A stretch of DNA of 64,000 nucleotides from the human T2T-CHM13v2.0 reference genome, Homo sapiens: assembly GCF_009914755.1 (NCBI RefSeq), contig NC_060943.1; one strand, written 5' to 3'. Shown here in pieces: positions 1-33,991 of this stretch. Positions within the stretch are counted from its first letter, which is position 1, and each line of letters starts with the position of its first letter. Made by a program: the position numbers and the translations under genes. A model generated the notes under the pieces. The model did not search any database. It saw only the letters and a list, made by a program, of their open reading frames with translations, and was not told where the DNA came from.

Positions 1-580
1 AGTAGCCATGTTTAAAAGGAACAAAATGTAAAGAAGGCAGGTGTGGCGGCTGGCACTTGTAGCCCAGCTACTTGTGAGGCTGAGACAGGAGGATCACTTG
101 AACCCAAGAGTTGGAGACTGCAGTGAGCTATGGCCCTGTCTGTGTAGAGCCACTGCACCAGCCTGGGCAACATAGTGGGACCCATTCTCTTAAAAAAAAA
201 AAAAAATGGCTTGGGACGGGTGTGGTGGTTCACACCTGTAATCTCAACACTTTGAGAGGCTGAGGCAGGAGGATTGCTTGAGTTCAGGAGGTCAAGACCA
301 GCCTGGGCAACACACCCAAACCTAAAAATCAAATAAATAAAAGTAAATAATAAAATAAAAGAGAAAGAAACACAAGTGAAATTAATTTGGTAATATTTAA
401 TCCCAAATATTTCAACACATTATCAGTATAAAAACTAAGAGATAATTTACACTTTTGGGGCTGTCTTTAAAACCCCACATATACAGTATTTTACATTCAC
501 GGGACATCTCAATTCAGACCAGCCACATTTCCAGGGCTCCATGGAACCTTGTAGCGAGTGGCTCTGGTACTGACAGCATA
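1..580 (+). mobile_element. MER33-like hAT-Charlie DNA transposon relic, interrupted by two Alu-family monomers
   Basis: AGTAGCCATGTTTAAAAGG (1-35) resumes at ~361 with AAGAAACACAAGTGAAATTAAT...ACATCTCAATTCAGACCAGCCACATTTC...GTGGCTCTGGTACTGACAGCA, matching my recall of the MER33 consensus. Confidence 0.7.
36..345 (+). mobile_element. FAM (fossil Alu monomer, ~36-205) followed by a FLAM-type monomer (~213-345)
   Basis: First monomer has the FAM-type segment CTGCAGTGAGCTATGGCCCTGTCTGTGTAGAGCCACTGCAC and an A-tail; second is a left-arm-only monomer with A-rich tail. Confidence 0.7.
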
Positions 581-609
581 CCTCTACAGGGGGACAAGCA
601 AATGCATTT

Positions 610-4500
<3,891 letters not shown>

Positions 4501-4527
4501 AATGTTTTTGTAGTTTTGACAAATGTA

Positions 4528-5181
<654 letters not shown>

Positions 5182-5572
5182 TCCTGTGATAAAGTAAGAT
5201 GCCAACATCAGGGAAAGGGTGAGGGGGATGTGGTAACTCTTTGTACCATCTTTCCAAGTTTCCAGTAAATTTAAAATTACTCCAAAATAAAAAGTTTAGG
5301 GTGAAAAAAGAAGGAAAGGAAATGAAAATGTCCACCTATAGGAGACTGGATAAATCGTGGTATAGTTATTCAATGGAGTATTATGCAGCAGTGAAAATGA
5401 GTCAATTTCCATTACACACAGCAACACAGATGTGCTCCCATTTACATATAACATTTCAACAGGGTGTGGTGAATCGTGTCTGTAATCCCAGCACTTTGGG
5501 AGGCCGAGCCGGGAGGCATCACTTGAGGCCAGGAGTTCAAGACCAGCCTGGACCACATGGCAAGAAAAATTA

Positions 5573-5761
<189 letters not shown>

Positions 5762-5820
5762 CTAAACAATAAGCAGTTTAGGGACATAGATAGAATTATT
5801 ATTTTTTTTAAAGTAAGGGA

Positions 5821-6120
5821 GCCAGGCATGGTGGCACACACCTGTGGTCCCAGATACTCGGGAGGCTGAGGCAGGAGGATCACTTGGGACCAGGAGTTCT
5901 GGGCTGTAGTACACTATGCCAATGCAGGGTCCACGCTAAGTTTGGCATCAGTTTGGTGGCCTCCTGAGAGCGGGGGATCACCAGGTTGCCTAAGGAGGGG
6001 TGAACTGGCCCATGTTGGAAATGGAGCAGGTCAAAACTCCTGTGTTAATCACTGGTGGGATCATGCCTGTGCATAGCCACTGCACTCCATCCTGGGCAAC
6101 ATAGCAAGACCCTATCTCTT
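5821..6120 (+). pseudogene. Full-length 7SL (SRP) RNA retropseudogene (RN7SL-type)
   Basis: Alu-domain ends enclose the S-domain (TTCTGGGCTGTAGTACACTATGCC...CACCAGGTTGCCTAAGGAGGGGTGAAC...GGAGCAGGTCAAAACTCC) absent from Alus; ~300 nt, A-rich tail 6121-6134, most CpGs decayed to TG/CA. Confidence 0.93.
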
Positions 6121-6121
6121 A

Positions 6122-6283
<162 letters not shown>

Positions 6284-6789
6284 TCATAAACAAAACAAAA
6301 CAAAATAAAATGGAAGCCCCTGAGAAGCTAAGGGAAAAGATGCTCTTCAGAAGGAGAGGGGTACACCCTGGCCGCAGGTTCCTCTTCTCTGCCAACCTTT
6401 TCCTGTTGTCTCCATCTATTCACTTTGTTCAGCATTGCTTTCTGTGATTTGTCTTTTGAATCACGTCCTTCAAGCATTCTCACACTCCTCACTCCTCTCG
6501 GCCTCTAAAGGACTCACCTGGCCAAACTCCAGCCATCCTCTTCTCTGTGCCAGCCGAGCCCAGCAGAAGGAAACCACCCAGCCAGCCCAACGGGTTTTAC
6601 CTGAATCAGAGAAATCACAGGCCTCAGACAGGCGCAGGGCACTCTCTATGTGTCTCTGGTGTGCTTACATTTCCCCCCTGCCCTCCAGCCCATGACTAGG
6701 TCCCACACTTCCCTGTGCACATAGAAGCCATCAGAAGGGAACCCCCTTGTCATCTGTCCCTGTGATTCCCTCTCTCAAGGATTGGGGTC

Positions 6790-7260
6790 TCCCTCCCTCC
6801 TTCCTTCCTTCCTTCTTTCCTTCCTTCCTTCCTTCCTTCCCTGCCTCCCGCCCTTCCTTCCTTCCTTCTCTCCCTCCCTCCCTGCCTTCCTTCCTTCCTT
6901 CTTCCCTTCCACCTCCCTCCTTCTCTCCCTCTTTCCTCTTCCATTGAAGTTTCTCCTCCTCTCCTCCTCCTCCCCCCTCCTCCTCTTCCTCCTCCTTTTC
7001 CTCCTCCCCTCCTCCTCCTCTTCCTCTGCCTGTCCTCCTCCTCCCCTCCTCTTCATCCTCCCCTTGTCCTCCTCCTCTTCCTTTCCCCCTCCTCCTCCTC
7101 TTCCTTCCCCCTCCTCCTCCCCTCCTCCTTCCCTCCTCTTCCTCTCCTCCTCCTCTTCCTCCTGCCCTCCCCCCTCTTTCTCCTCCCTCCTCTTCATTTC
7201 CTCCTCCTCTTCTCCTCTTTCTCTTCCTGTCTCCTATATCATTCATCATCTCTCTCTCCT
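6790..7260. repeat. Polypyrimidine/polypurine low-complexity tract: (TTCC)n then degenerate (CCT)n
   Basis: Directly visible; source of the Glu/Gly/Arg-rich and Pro/Ser/Leu-rich spurious ORFs at 6731-7516. Confidence 0.95.
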
Positions 7261-7449
7261 TCTGCCAAATCATGCCCATCACTATCCTCAAATGCTCTTG
7301 CCTCTTCCATTCATTTTTTAAAAAGAATTCCTCCCTTGAGGGAACCGAGAGATAAGAGAGACTGTAGCCACAAATCAACCACATGCAACCCAAGGACTTT
7401 GGATGCTGAGTCGAACAGACCAATGTTTTGTTTCGTTTTGTTTTTAAAT

Positions 7450-8530
<1,081 letters not shown>

Positions 8531-9018
8531 TTTTTTTTTTTTTTTTAGAGATGGCATTTTACTCTGTTGCCCAGGCTGGTCTGAAACTCCTGAGCTCAAG
8601 CGATCCCCCCACCTCAGCCTCCCAAAGTGTGTGAGCCACTGCACCCAGCTAATAATTAATACTTTTTAATTTTTTTTGAGACAGGGTCTCACTCTGTGGC
8701 CCAGGCTGGAGTGCAGTGGCACAATCAAAGCTCACTGCAGCCTTGACCTCCCCAGGTTCTGGTGATTCTCCCAGCTCAGCCTCCTGAGTAGATGGGACTA
8801 CAGGCATGCACCACCATACCCAGCTAATGTTTGTGTTTTTTGTAGAGACAGGGTTTCGCCATGTTGCCCAGGCTAATCTCAAACTCCTGGGCTCAAGCAA
8901 TCTACCCACCTTGGCCTCCCAAATATTACTTTTAAAATAAATGAATTTAAATCTGCCAGTCTCTGACAAAATCTTATTTGGCCACAGTTGCTTTGGATGT
9001 AAAAACATGCATAAGTAA

Positions 9019-10056
<1,038 letters not shown>

Positions 10057-10127
10057 CTACATGGTTTCTGTCATACCACTCCTCTATTTGTCATGTCCAA
10101 TGGTGGGGGAGATCATCTCAATCTTGA

Positions 10128-11051
<924 letters not shown>

Positions 11052-11279
11052 CTGAGGGAGGGTATGGAACCCAGGGGTTGGGGGACTGAAAGGGCCTCAT
11101 ATGGGAGGGGACAGGTTCTTACGAGACCGTCGGTAGCAGGGGTCTTCATTGGCCCTGTCCTTCCTAAAGCAGCCTCCTCTAAGCTGACTTGATGCCACAC
11201 AAGTCTGTTCTCCTCCTAGGAAGAAGTCGCTGTTGGCAACATCCCCACCCAGCCCCACTCTCCTATCCCCCAGCTGCTA

Positions 11280-11825
<546 letters not shown>

Positions 11826-12056
11826 TGAAGCAATCCACCTGCCTTGGCCTCCCAAAGTGCTGGGATTACAGGCATGAGCCACTGTGCCCAGCCAAGAGTG
11901 AGACCCTGTTATTAAAAAAAAATTAAAAAAAGAAAATTAAGGGAGAGGGAGAGAAGGAAAAAGAAATAATTTTGGATTTCCTTTGTCATTCAATAAGTAC
12001 TAAACTATGAGGTGTTGGGGTGGCCATATTTCTATATCTGATCTTAGCATCTCCCT

Positions 12057-12559
<503 letters not shown>

Positions 12560-12909
12560 TGAGATTATAGCTGTGTGCCACCACACCTGGCTAATTTTTG
12601 TATTTTTAGTAGAGACGGGGTTTTGCCATGTTGGCCAGGCTGGTCTCCAACTCCTGACCTCAAGTGATCCGCCTGCATCAGCCTCCCGAAGTGCTGGGAT
12701 TACAGGCGCGAGCCACCACGCCCGGCCTGGGCTTCTACTTTCTCACTCCTCTTCCCAGTCAGTCACCATTCTACCTTTTTGTGGGTCAGTCCTCTTGTTT
12801 CCATCCCCACGCCTCCACACTGGTCCAGGCCACCATCACTTCTCGCCTGGACCGACAATGACAATGACACATAAGGGTTGGAGGTGGAGGTTATGGGGTG
12901 GGGGTTGGC

Positions 12910-14390
<1,481 letters not shown>

Positions 14391-15149
14391 GTAATTGACT
14401 GGAATAAATGGCGGATGGGATGGTGTTGGGAAATTGATTCCGACTAATGGGCAAGGTTTGTGCTCAGCACATCCCTGGTCTCACACCAATCCTAGGAGTT
14501 AGTCCCATTTTTCTGACGCAGTAGTTGAGGCTTAAAGAAGTTCAGTCACATGCCCAAGGCCACAGTTCCTGAAAAGCTGGGCCAAGACTTGAACTGAGAT
14601 CTTTCTGATTCCTAAGTTTCTCTTTCCTATTGTAAGCACCGGCTTTCTCCCTGGTCTCCCTGCTTGCCCTCTTATTCCCCCTCCGATCTTTTCTTCCCAT
14701 GTCAGCCAAAGGGATTCCAGGAAAGGGCAAAGATGATTAAGTTTTTTCCTTCCTAAGATCCTTCGGCCATGTGACTTGATGCAATGTATGATCCTGTGTT
14801 GAATCCTGGGCTGGGGAAAACATTGCTATAAAGGATTTTATTGAGACAAACAGATTTGAATTTGTGGATTAAACAATTGTATTATTGTATCAATGTTTCA
14901 TTTCCTGTTTCTGATTCTTGTTCTGGATTTTTTAAAGAGCATGTCTTTGTTTTTAGTAACGTCATGCTGAAGGATTTAGGGATCAAGGGACACGACGTCT
15001 TCCACTGCCTCTCAAATGTTCAGAAAAGAAACATACAGCAGAGGTGGCCAAATGTTACTGACTTGCGAATCCAGGAAAGATCTACTTACCTTTCTTGCTA
15101 GTTTTCTGTAAGCTTGAAATTATTGCTGGTAAAAAACAAAACAACAACA

Positions 15150-16340
<1,191 letters not shown>

Positions 16341-16343
16341 TGA

Positions 16344-23285
<6,942 letters not shown>

Positions 23286-24369
23286 AAAAAAAAAGTATAA
23301 ATTTTGGAACAGGGCTGCAAATCCCTGTGCCCCCTGACTCTGACAATTTTGCAACTTCTCTATGACTCAGTTTCCGTATCAGCAGGAGGTGATATTAGCA
23401 TATCCTACCTGCTAGGATTGTTGGAGGCATTCAATGAGAGCATCCAAGTACAGAAAGAAGCTCGGTTAAGCATTACTTATAACTACATTGTAAATCCCCC
23501 TCTAGCCATGGGTGACTTTTATAGCCATCTGAACAATGTTTCACAAACCCTGTAGTAAAAAGGGGATGATCCGCCTGTCTCGGCCCCGCAAAGTGCAGGA
23601 TTACAGGTGTGAGCCACCGCACTCAGCCGAGATCTGTTAACAGACTCCAAATCTCGACTTAGTCTCATTGCTGCAAGCGGTCTACTCATTCTCTCCTCCA
23701 GATCTTCGGGAACAGAGTAATAATAAAAATCAAAACCCAGCCAGCTCTTCCTCTGTCAGTGGTGTTGACCAGCAGAGACCGCTTCCCTTCTTAAAGGGGC
23801 CTTTCCTAGTTTCGACTTTCTCTTCTCTTTCCTAAGATGGCCTGGTGCGTTTCTCCTGTCACCCTCCCCCAAGCATAGCCAAGGAAGCGGCCCCTCCCAC
23901 ATAGTTGGAATGTTAAATATCTCAGTGATGACTACAAGGCTTAAAGCAACAAATAAATAAAGCCACTCTTGAGTCAGAATATTTTATTTGGTGGTGCATG
24001 AGTAACAATACCCGATAAATGAAGACACATTCTTAGCGTGTTCTCTATCCCCCAAACGCTGCGGGGTGCAGGGGCTGCGGGGGCTGCAGGTGGGAGGTCC
24101 ACAGCCTCTAGGGCAGGAGCTCTAGGGCAAGAGCAGGAGCAAAGGGACATGTGGATGAAAACGGGAAATTCTCAGAATTTGTGTATTTATTGGATTTTTT
24201 GTGTGTATTTCTTTGAATGTTTTTGTGTATTTGATTTTTTTGTGTGTGCACGTATTTGAATATTTTGTGTGTATTTTTTTGAATAGGTGACACTAGGCTC
24301 AAACTTTACAAAGGTAGAAAAAGACCTAACATCCACCCACCCCTGTTTCCCCACGGAAAACTGCTGTGA

Positions 24370-24609
<240 letters not shown>

Positions 24610-25009
24610 TGATCCGCCCGCCTCGGCCTCCCAAAGACCTGGGATTACAGGCGTGAGCCACCGCGCCCTGCCGCAGTTCGCTTCTGCTTTTCAAGATATT
24701 CTGTGTATTTAACAAGCAAAAGCTTGTATTTTTTCATCTCCACCTTTTACATTTTTATACCTTTTTTTTTCTCCTCTCCTACCTTGTCAGGCTACATAGC
24801 TCATACCGTGTCAGTTCAAGTATCCCTTCCTCGTTTTACGGTGACTCCGCATCCCATTGCGGGCCGCACCACTGCTTATCTGAGTCCCCCATCGATGGAC
24901 AACTAGGTTGTTTCTGGTCTTTTTTTTTTTTTTCCCACAAATTTTTACGAGAACAACAACAAAAAAAACAATGCTACTCAACCTCACCCCTTGGTTAGTG
25001 TTTGTCAAA

Positions 25010-25700
25010 AAACGGACAGGCAGAAGCCCCAACCTGCGCCCCCCAACGCCCGACTCTCCGCATCCGCCGAGGGTACCCCAGCTCCAGGGATCGCGGTGCT
25101 CAGGGACCGCGCGTCCAGGACTGGCCCTGCCTCCCAGAAGCTGTCAGGCGGCGGCCGTGGCCCGCTGTAGCCCCGCCCCGTGGCCCGCCCGCAGTAGGCC
25201 CGATTCAAATCTGGCCAATGATAGTGTGTAAACAAACCCAGGCCCCGCCTCCCGACGAATAATCCCCCGACCGGCGAGAGGCCCATTTAACCCGATGGGG
25301 TTTGGGGTTGGGACGGTGATGGAGTCGTGGCTCCGCCCCCAGACCTGGGCCAATAGGCGGCTGGGCTCCGCCCCCGGCACTTGCCGCGCTGAGGACCCGA
25401 GGCAGGGCTGGGCGCGCAGTTGCCTGATTTCGTGGCGGCTCGCAGTCTGGGCGCTCCGGGCGCTCGGCGCGGGCGGGCAGGGCCAGGAGCTGGGGCGGCG
25501 CACTCCGCGGTCCCAGCCGCATTTGAAGGGAGCGGTCAGAGGGCGGAGATCGCCCCGGCATCAATGCCCTCTCATCCCCCACTTTATTTCCACCGCCTAG
25601 CTGCTAAAATCCGGACCCGGAAACGTCTCCAATGGGAACTTGTTCCCCTCGCCCCTATTTAACAGAACCTGGAGGGGACGCAGGGGTGTTTTTGGATTGG
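25010..25700. promoter_or_regulatory. Small CpG island with promoter motifs (CCAAT x3, GC boxes, CHR x2, forkhead)
   Basis: High CpG density; TTCAAA 25204-25209, CCAAT 25215-25219, GTAAACA 25228-25234, CCCCGCCTCC 25243-25252, GGCTCCGCCCCC 25329-25340 and 25364-25375, CCAAT 25350-25354, TTTGAA 25522-25527, ATTGG 25696-25700. Confidence 0.8.
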
Positions 25701-26105
25701 GCAAGGCTTTCATTTCTTTCCCCTGGTTCTTACATGCATACGGGAAAATGCACGTATCTTGTGCGCCGCTCTACAGAAAACTAAAACTCCATGTGGCACC
25801 AGCAGCCTCCCAGGTCGAGAAACAACTTGGGTTGGAGAAATTTTCTTTTCGTTTCTTTGCTTTTCTTTCTTTCTTTCTTTCTTTTTGAGACGGAGTTTCG
25901 CTCTTGTCGCCCAAGCTGGAGTGCAATGGCGCGATCTCGGCTCACCCACAACCTCCGCCTCCCGGGTTCAAGCGATTCTCCTGTCTCAGCCTCCCGAGTA
26001 GCTGGGATTACAGGCATGCGCCACCACGCCTTGCTAATTTTTGTATTTCTAGTAGAGACGGGGTTTCTCCATGTTGGTCAGGCTGGTCTCGAACTCCCGA
26101 CCTCA

Positions 26106-26279
<174 letters not shown>

Positions 26280-26326
26280 CTAGGTTCATCTGGTGACTCA
26301 GCCACAGAACACCTGGGTGTACTGAT

Positions 26327-27922
<1,596 letters not shown>

Positions 27923-28112
27923 TGGCTATCAGCCATGGCTAGGCATGGGGCTGGCCTCTTTTTATCTTTTTTTGAGACGGAGTTTTGCTCTCGTTGCCCA
28001 GGCTGGAGTGCTATGGCGCGATCTTGGCTCACTGCAACCTCCGGCTTCCGGATTCAAACAATTCTCTGTCCTCAGCCTCCTGAGTAGCTGGGATTACGGG
28101 CATGTGCCATGA

Positions 28113-28632
<520 letters not shown>

Positions 28633-28869
28633 TAAGAGGTCAGGTGTGTGTATGAGGTGGGTGGATGTTGTTAATATCTATTCAGCAAACTTTTATTGAG
28701 CATTTACTAAGCACCAAGCACTGTTTTAGGGGCAGTGGATATTCTACAATGTACCAAAGGAACCTGGGAACTGCCAAAAAGGGCATGACCAAGGGAGGTA
28801 AACTGAGGCTCGCAAACCGAGGCTAATTAAGCGACTTATTTGCTTACTTGCTTGTTGGCTGTGTTGCCT

Positions 28870-28977
28870 AATAGATTGTGAGTTGTGTGGGAGGCAAATA
28901 GATTGTGAGTTGTGTGGGAGGCAAATAGATTGTGAGTTGTGTGGGAGGCAAATAGATTGTGAGTTGTGTGGGAGGCA
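28870..28977 (+). repeat. Minisatellite, 4 perfect copies of a 27-mer, within an L2 3' remnant
   Basis: AATAGATTGTGAGTTGTGTGGGAGGCA at 28870, 28897, 28924 and 28951. Confidence 0.95.
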
Positions 28978-29386
28978 GGAACCCGGGTGGTGTTGGTCAC
29001 CACAGGATCCTTGACACACTAGATACTAAAAAAATATGAATGAATAGACTCTGACGAAGTCTCCAGTGAGTCCCCTAGTTCTGAGTCCCCCGGGGCTGGC
29101 AGCTATGACAGAAACACAAGTGCTACACTTCAGGTCCCAGTGTACAGTGAAGGCTTCAGATGAGGGCTGCGTCTCACTTTGTGGGTGCGTGACTGGGCAA
29201 AACACTTCCCTTCTCGGAGCCAATTGAGTTTTCTACACTGTATGATGGGGGTAACTAAAGGTCTCTCCCCTGTGGGCAGTTCTCATCAGAAACTGTGTTC
29301 ACCACCCAGTTAACACTCTAAAAGTGTAGCTCCATCAGTGGCTGTGGAAGTGCAGAGTTAGGAAGACTCAGACTATACAAACATAA

Positions 29387-30396
<1,010 letters not shown>

Positions 30397-30569
30397 TGAT
30401 TTTTGTATTTTTAATACATTAGATTTTGTAATTTTTGTATTTTCGCTGCGTTGAACAAGATGCTCTGGAACCCCTCACCTCAAGTGATCTGCCTGCCTTA
30501 GCCTCCCAAAGTGCTGGGATTATGGGTGTGAGCCCCTACACACCTGGGCCATGGAGGCTTTTTTTTCTT

Positions 30570-31600
<1,031 letters not shown>

Positions 31601-32105
31601 CACTGTACTAAGTTATAGATCTATCATGCTTTTATGTTTGGGACATTGCATAAGGTATTCACTTGTGGAACTGATAACTTCCTTTTTACTTACTAATGAT
31701 AACGGCCAGCATTTATATGGCACTTCCTCTCAGGTGCAGCTCTCCCTAGCTCATTCTTCCTCATGACCCTATGAAATGAGGCCTATTATTATCAGCATGT
31801 TAAAGATGAGGACACACAGAGGTGAGGTAATTTGTCCACTGTCACACAGCAAGAAAGTGGCAAAGGCAGGATATGAACCAGGGGCTGACTGGTTTCAGTC
31901 AGGGCCCTTACCCTCTGTGGTCTCTCAAAATTAATTTCTTCTTCTTCTTTTTTTTTTTGAGACAGGGTCTTGCTGTCTCCCAGACTGGAGTGCAGTGGCA
32001 TGACTATGGGGAACTACAACCTCGACTTCCTGGACTCAAGCGATCCTCCTGCCTCAGCCTCCCAAGTAGCTGGGAGTACAAGCACACACCACCATGCTGG
32101 GCTAA

Positions 32106-32580
<475 letters not shown>

Positions 32581-33020
32581 TGAACCCAGGGGACGGAGGT
32601 TGCGGTGAGCCTAGATCGTGCCACTGCACTCCAGCCTGGGCGAAAGAGCGAAACTCCGTCTCAAAACAAAACAAAATATAACACAACAACAACAAAATCA
32701 CAATCTGTCTCGATTACTCATTTATTCAACCCGCATTCACCTACTGTGTGCACGAGCTTTTCTAGGGCACTGGGGAGGCAGAAGGGACTAAAACAAAGTA
32801 TAAATCTCCCTGGGCTGCAAGCCTCGGGAGGGCAGGTCCGGGGGCTCTGTGTCCCCACTGGGCCCCCAGCACTGCGCAGCGCACACAGTGGGCGCTCACC
32901 AAGCGCTCGCTAAGGGCAACGCGTGAATCCGTGTCCCGCCAGCAGGGCGTTTACGGCCTGGTGGGGCGGAAACGGACCCGACACCACCGCGGCGTCCTGG
33001 GGCTTCTGGGAATCCCATCA

Positions 33021-33107
33021 GCGCGGCCAGAGCGGCCGGGGACAGGCTCCGAGGCAGGCCCGACCCGCCTCCCCGGCGCCGCCGTGGCTCGACGGAGACC
33101 AGCTAGG
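33021..33107 (+). other. BICRA: Candidate non-coding first exon 1A (start approximate)
   Basis: Ends at consensus donor TAGG|GTGAGT (GT 33108-33109); contains no ATG; GCGCGGCCAGAGCGGCCGGGG... resembles my recall of the GLTSCR1 cDNA start. Confidence 0.6.
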
Positions 33108-33661
33108 GTGAGTGATCGAGCCACGCCTGGGGTCCCGGCCTGTCACCCCGAAGTCCCCGCCGCCTTCCACCCTGTCAGGCTCCAACTCTGGGCTCCGGCG
33201 CGGTCCCACCTCCGGGGGGAACTCCCCTCCATCCCCTCCATTTCCTTCATCCTCGACTCCCGCTATCTTTTCGGACCTGCGGCGCTCCCCCTGGACGCGT
33301 CCTCCCGCCGGACGACCGTCCTCCGCCTCAGGGGACGCGCCCAGGACGCACGGCGCCCCCTCCCCAGCCGGACCGGCGGTCTGGGAGCGCGGATCCCTTC
33401 AGCTCCCCCGCGCCCCAGCATCCGGATCAGGGCTCGAGGCAGTCGACAAACTACACCCGAGCTCGAGCAGGCGCGCCCCTGAACCCCCGGGACTGGGGCT
33501 GGGGGCGGGGGCGGCGCCGGCGCGGAGGGCCCAGTCCCCGGACGTCCGCAGCCTCCCATTGGCTCCGGGTCCCGCCGCTCGGCCTGGCGGGGCCGGGGCT
33601 GGTCCGCCCGGACGCGGGGCGGGGATTCCTGAAGCCCCTCCTCCGGCGAGGGCGGAGGGAA

Positions 33662-33683
33662 GAGGAGGAGGAGGAGGAGGAGG
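33662..33683 (+). repeat. (GAG)n trinucleotide repeat, about 7 units
   Basis: GAGGAGGAGGAGGAGGAGGAGG directly visible. Confidence 0.9.
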
Positions 33684-33775
33684 AAGGGGGTGGGGGGCGG
33701 AACACAAAAACCTGAGAGGTTTTTTTTTTTTTTCCGTTTGCATTTAATTAAAAAAAATTTTTTTTTTTTTTGCAT

Positions 33776-33991
33776 ACCCGAGGGGCGCTCCCCGGAACGG
33801 GCGCGGGCCCGGGGCGCGCGGGCCTGGGCGCGGGGCGGCGGCGGGGGCCCGGCAGCGGCTGCCGAGCGGCCGCCATGCGATCAGGCAGTGCGCTGACCGG
33901 CCCGGCCGGCCGGCCCCTTCTGGGTCCTCCCTTTGCAGCCCGTGCGGGGCCGTCTCGGAGACCCCGCGCCGACGGCTGCTCAAACATCAGG
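33776..33991 (+). other. BICRA: Candidate first exon 1B (start approximate) containing one upstream ATG
   Basis: Ends at consensus donor CAGG|GTGAGT (GT 33992-33993); lies directly after the poly(dA:dT) element; GCCGCCATG at 33869-33877. Confidence 0.65.

Noticed and set aside
23950-23990. AATAAA on both strands (23952-23961 plus, 23983-23988 minus) as transcript 3' ends
   Set aside because: Hexamers are common in AT-rich sequence and there is no supporting exon structure
28870-28977. Regular 27-bp repeats as a possible CRISPR array
   Set aside because: Units are head-to-tail with no spacers, no cas genes, and the DNA is primate
33706-33733. Hairpin followed by a T run as an intrinsic terminator
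   Set aside because: Bacterial concept, AT-rich stem, no Pol III gene evident upstream; kept only as part of the AT element
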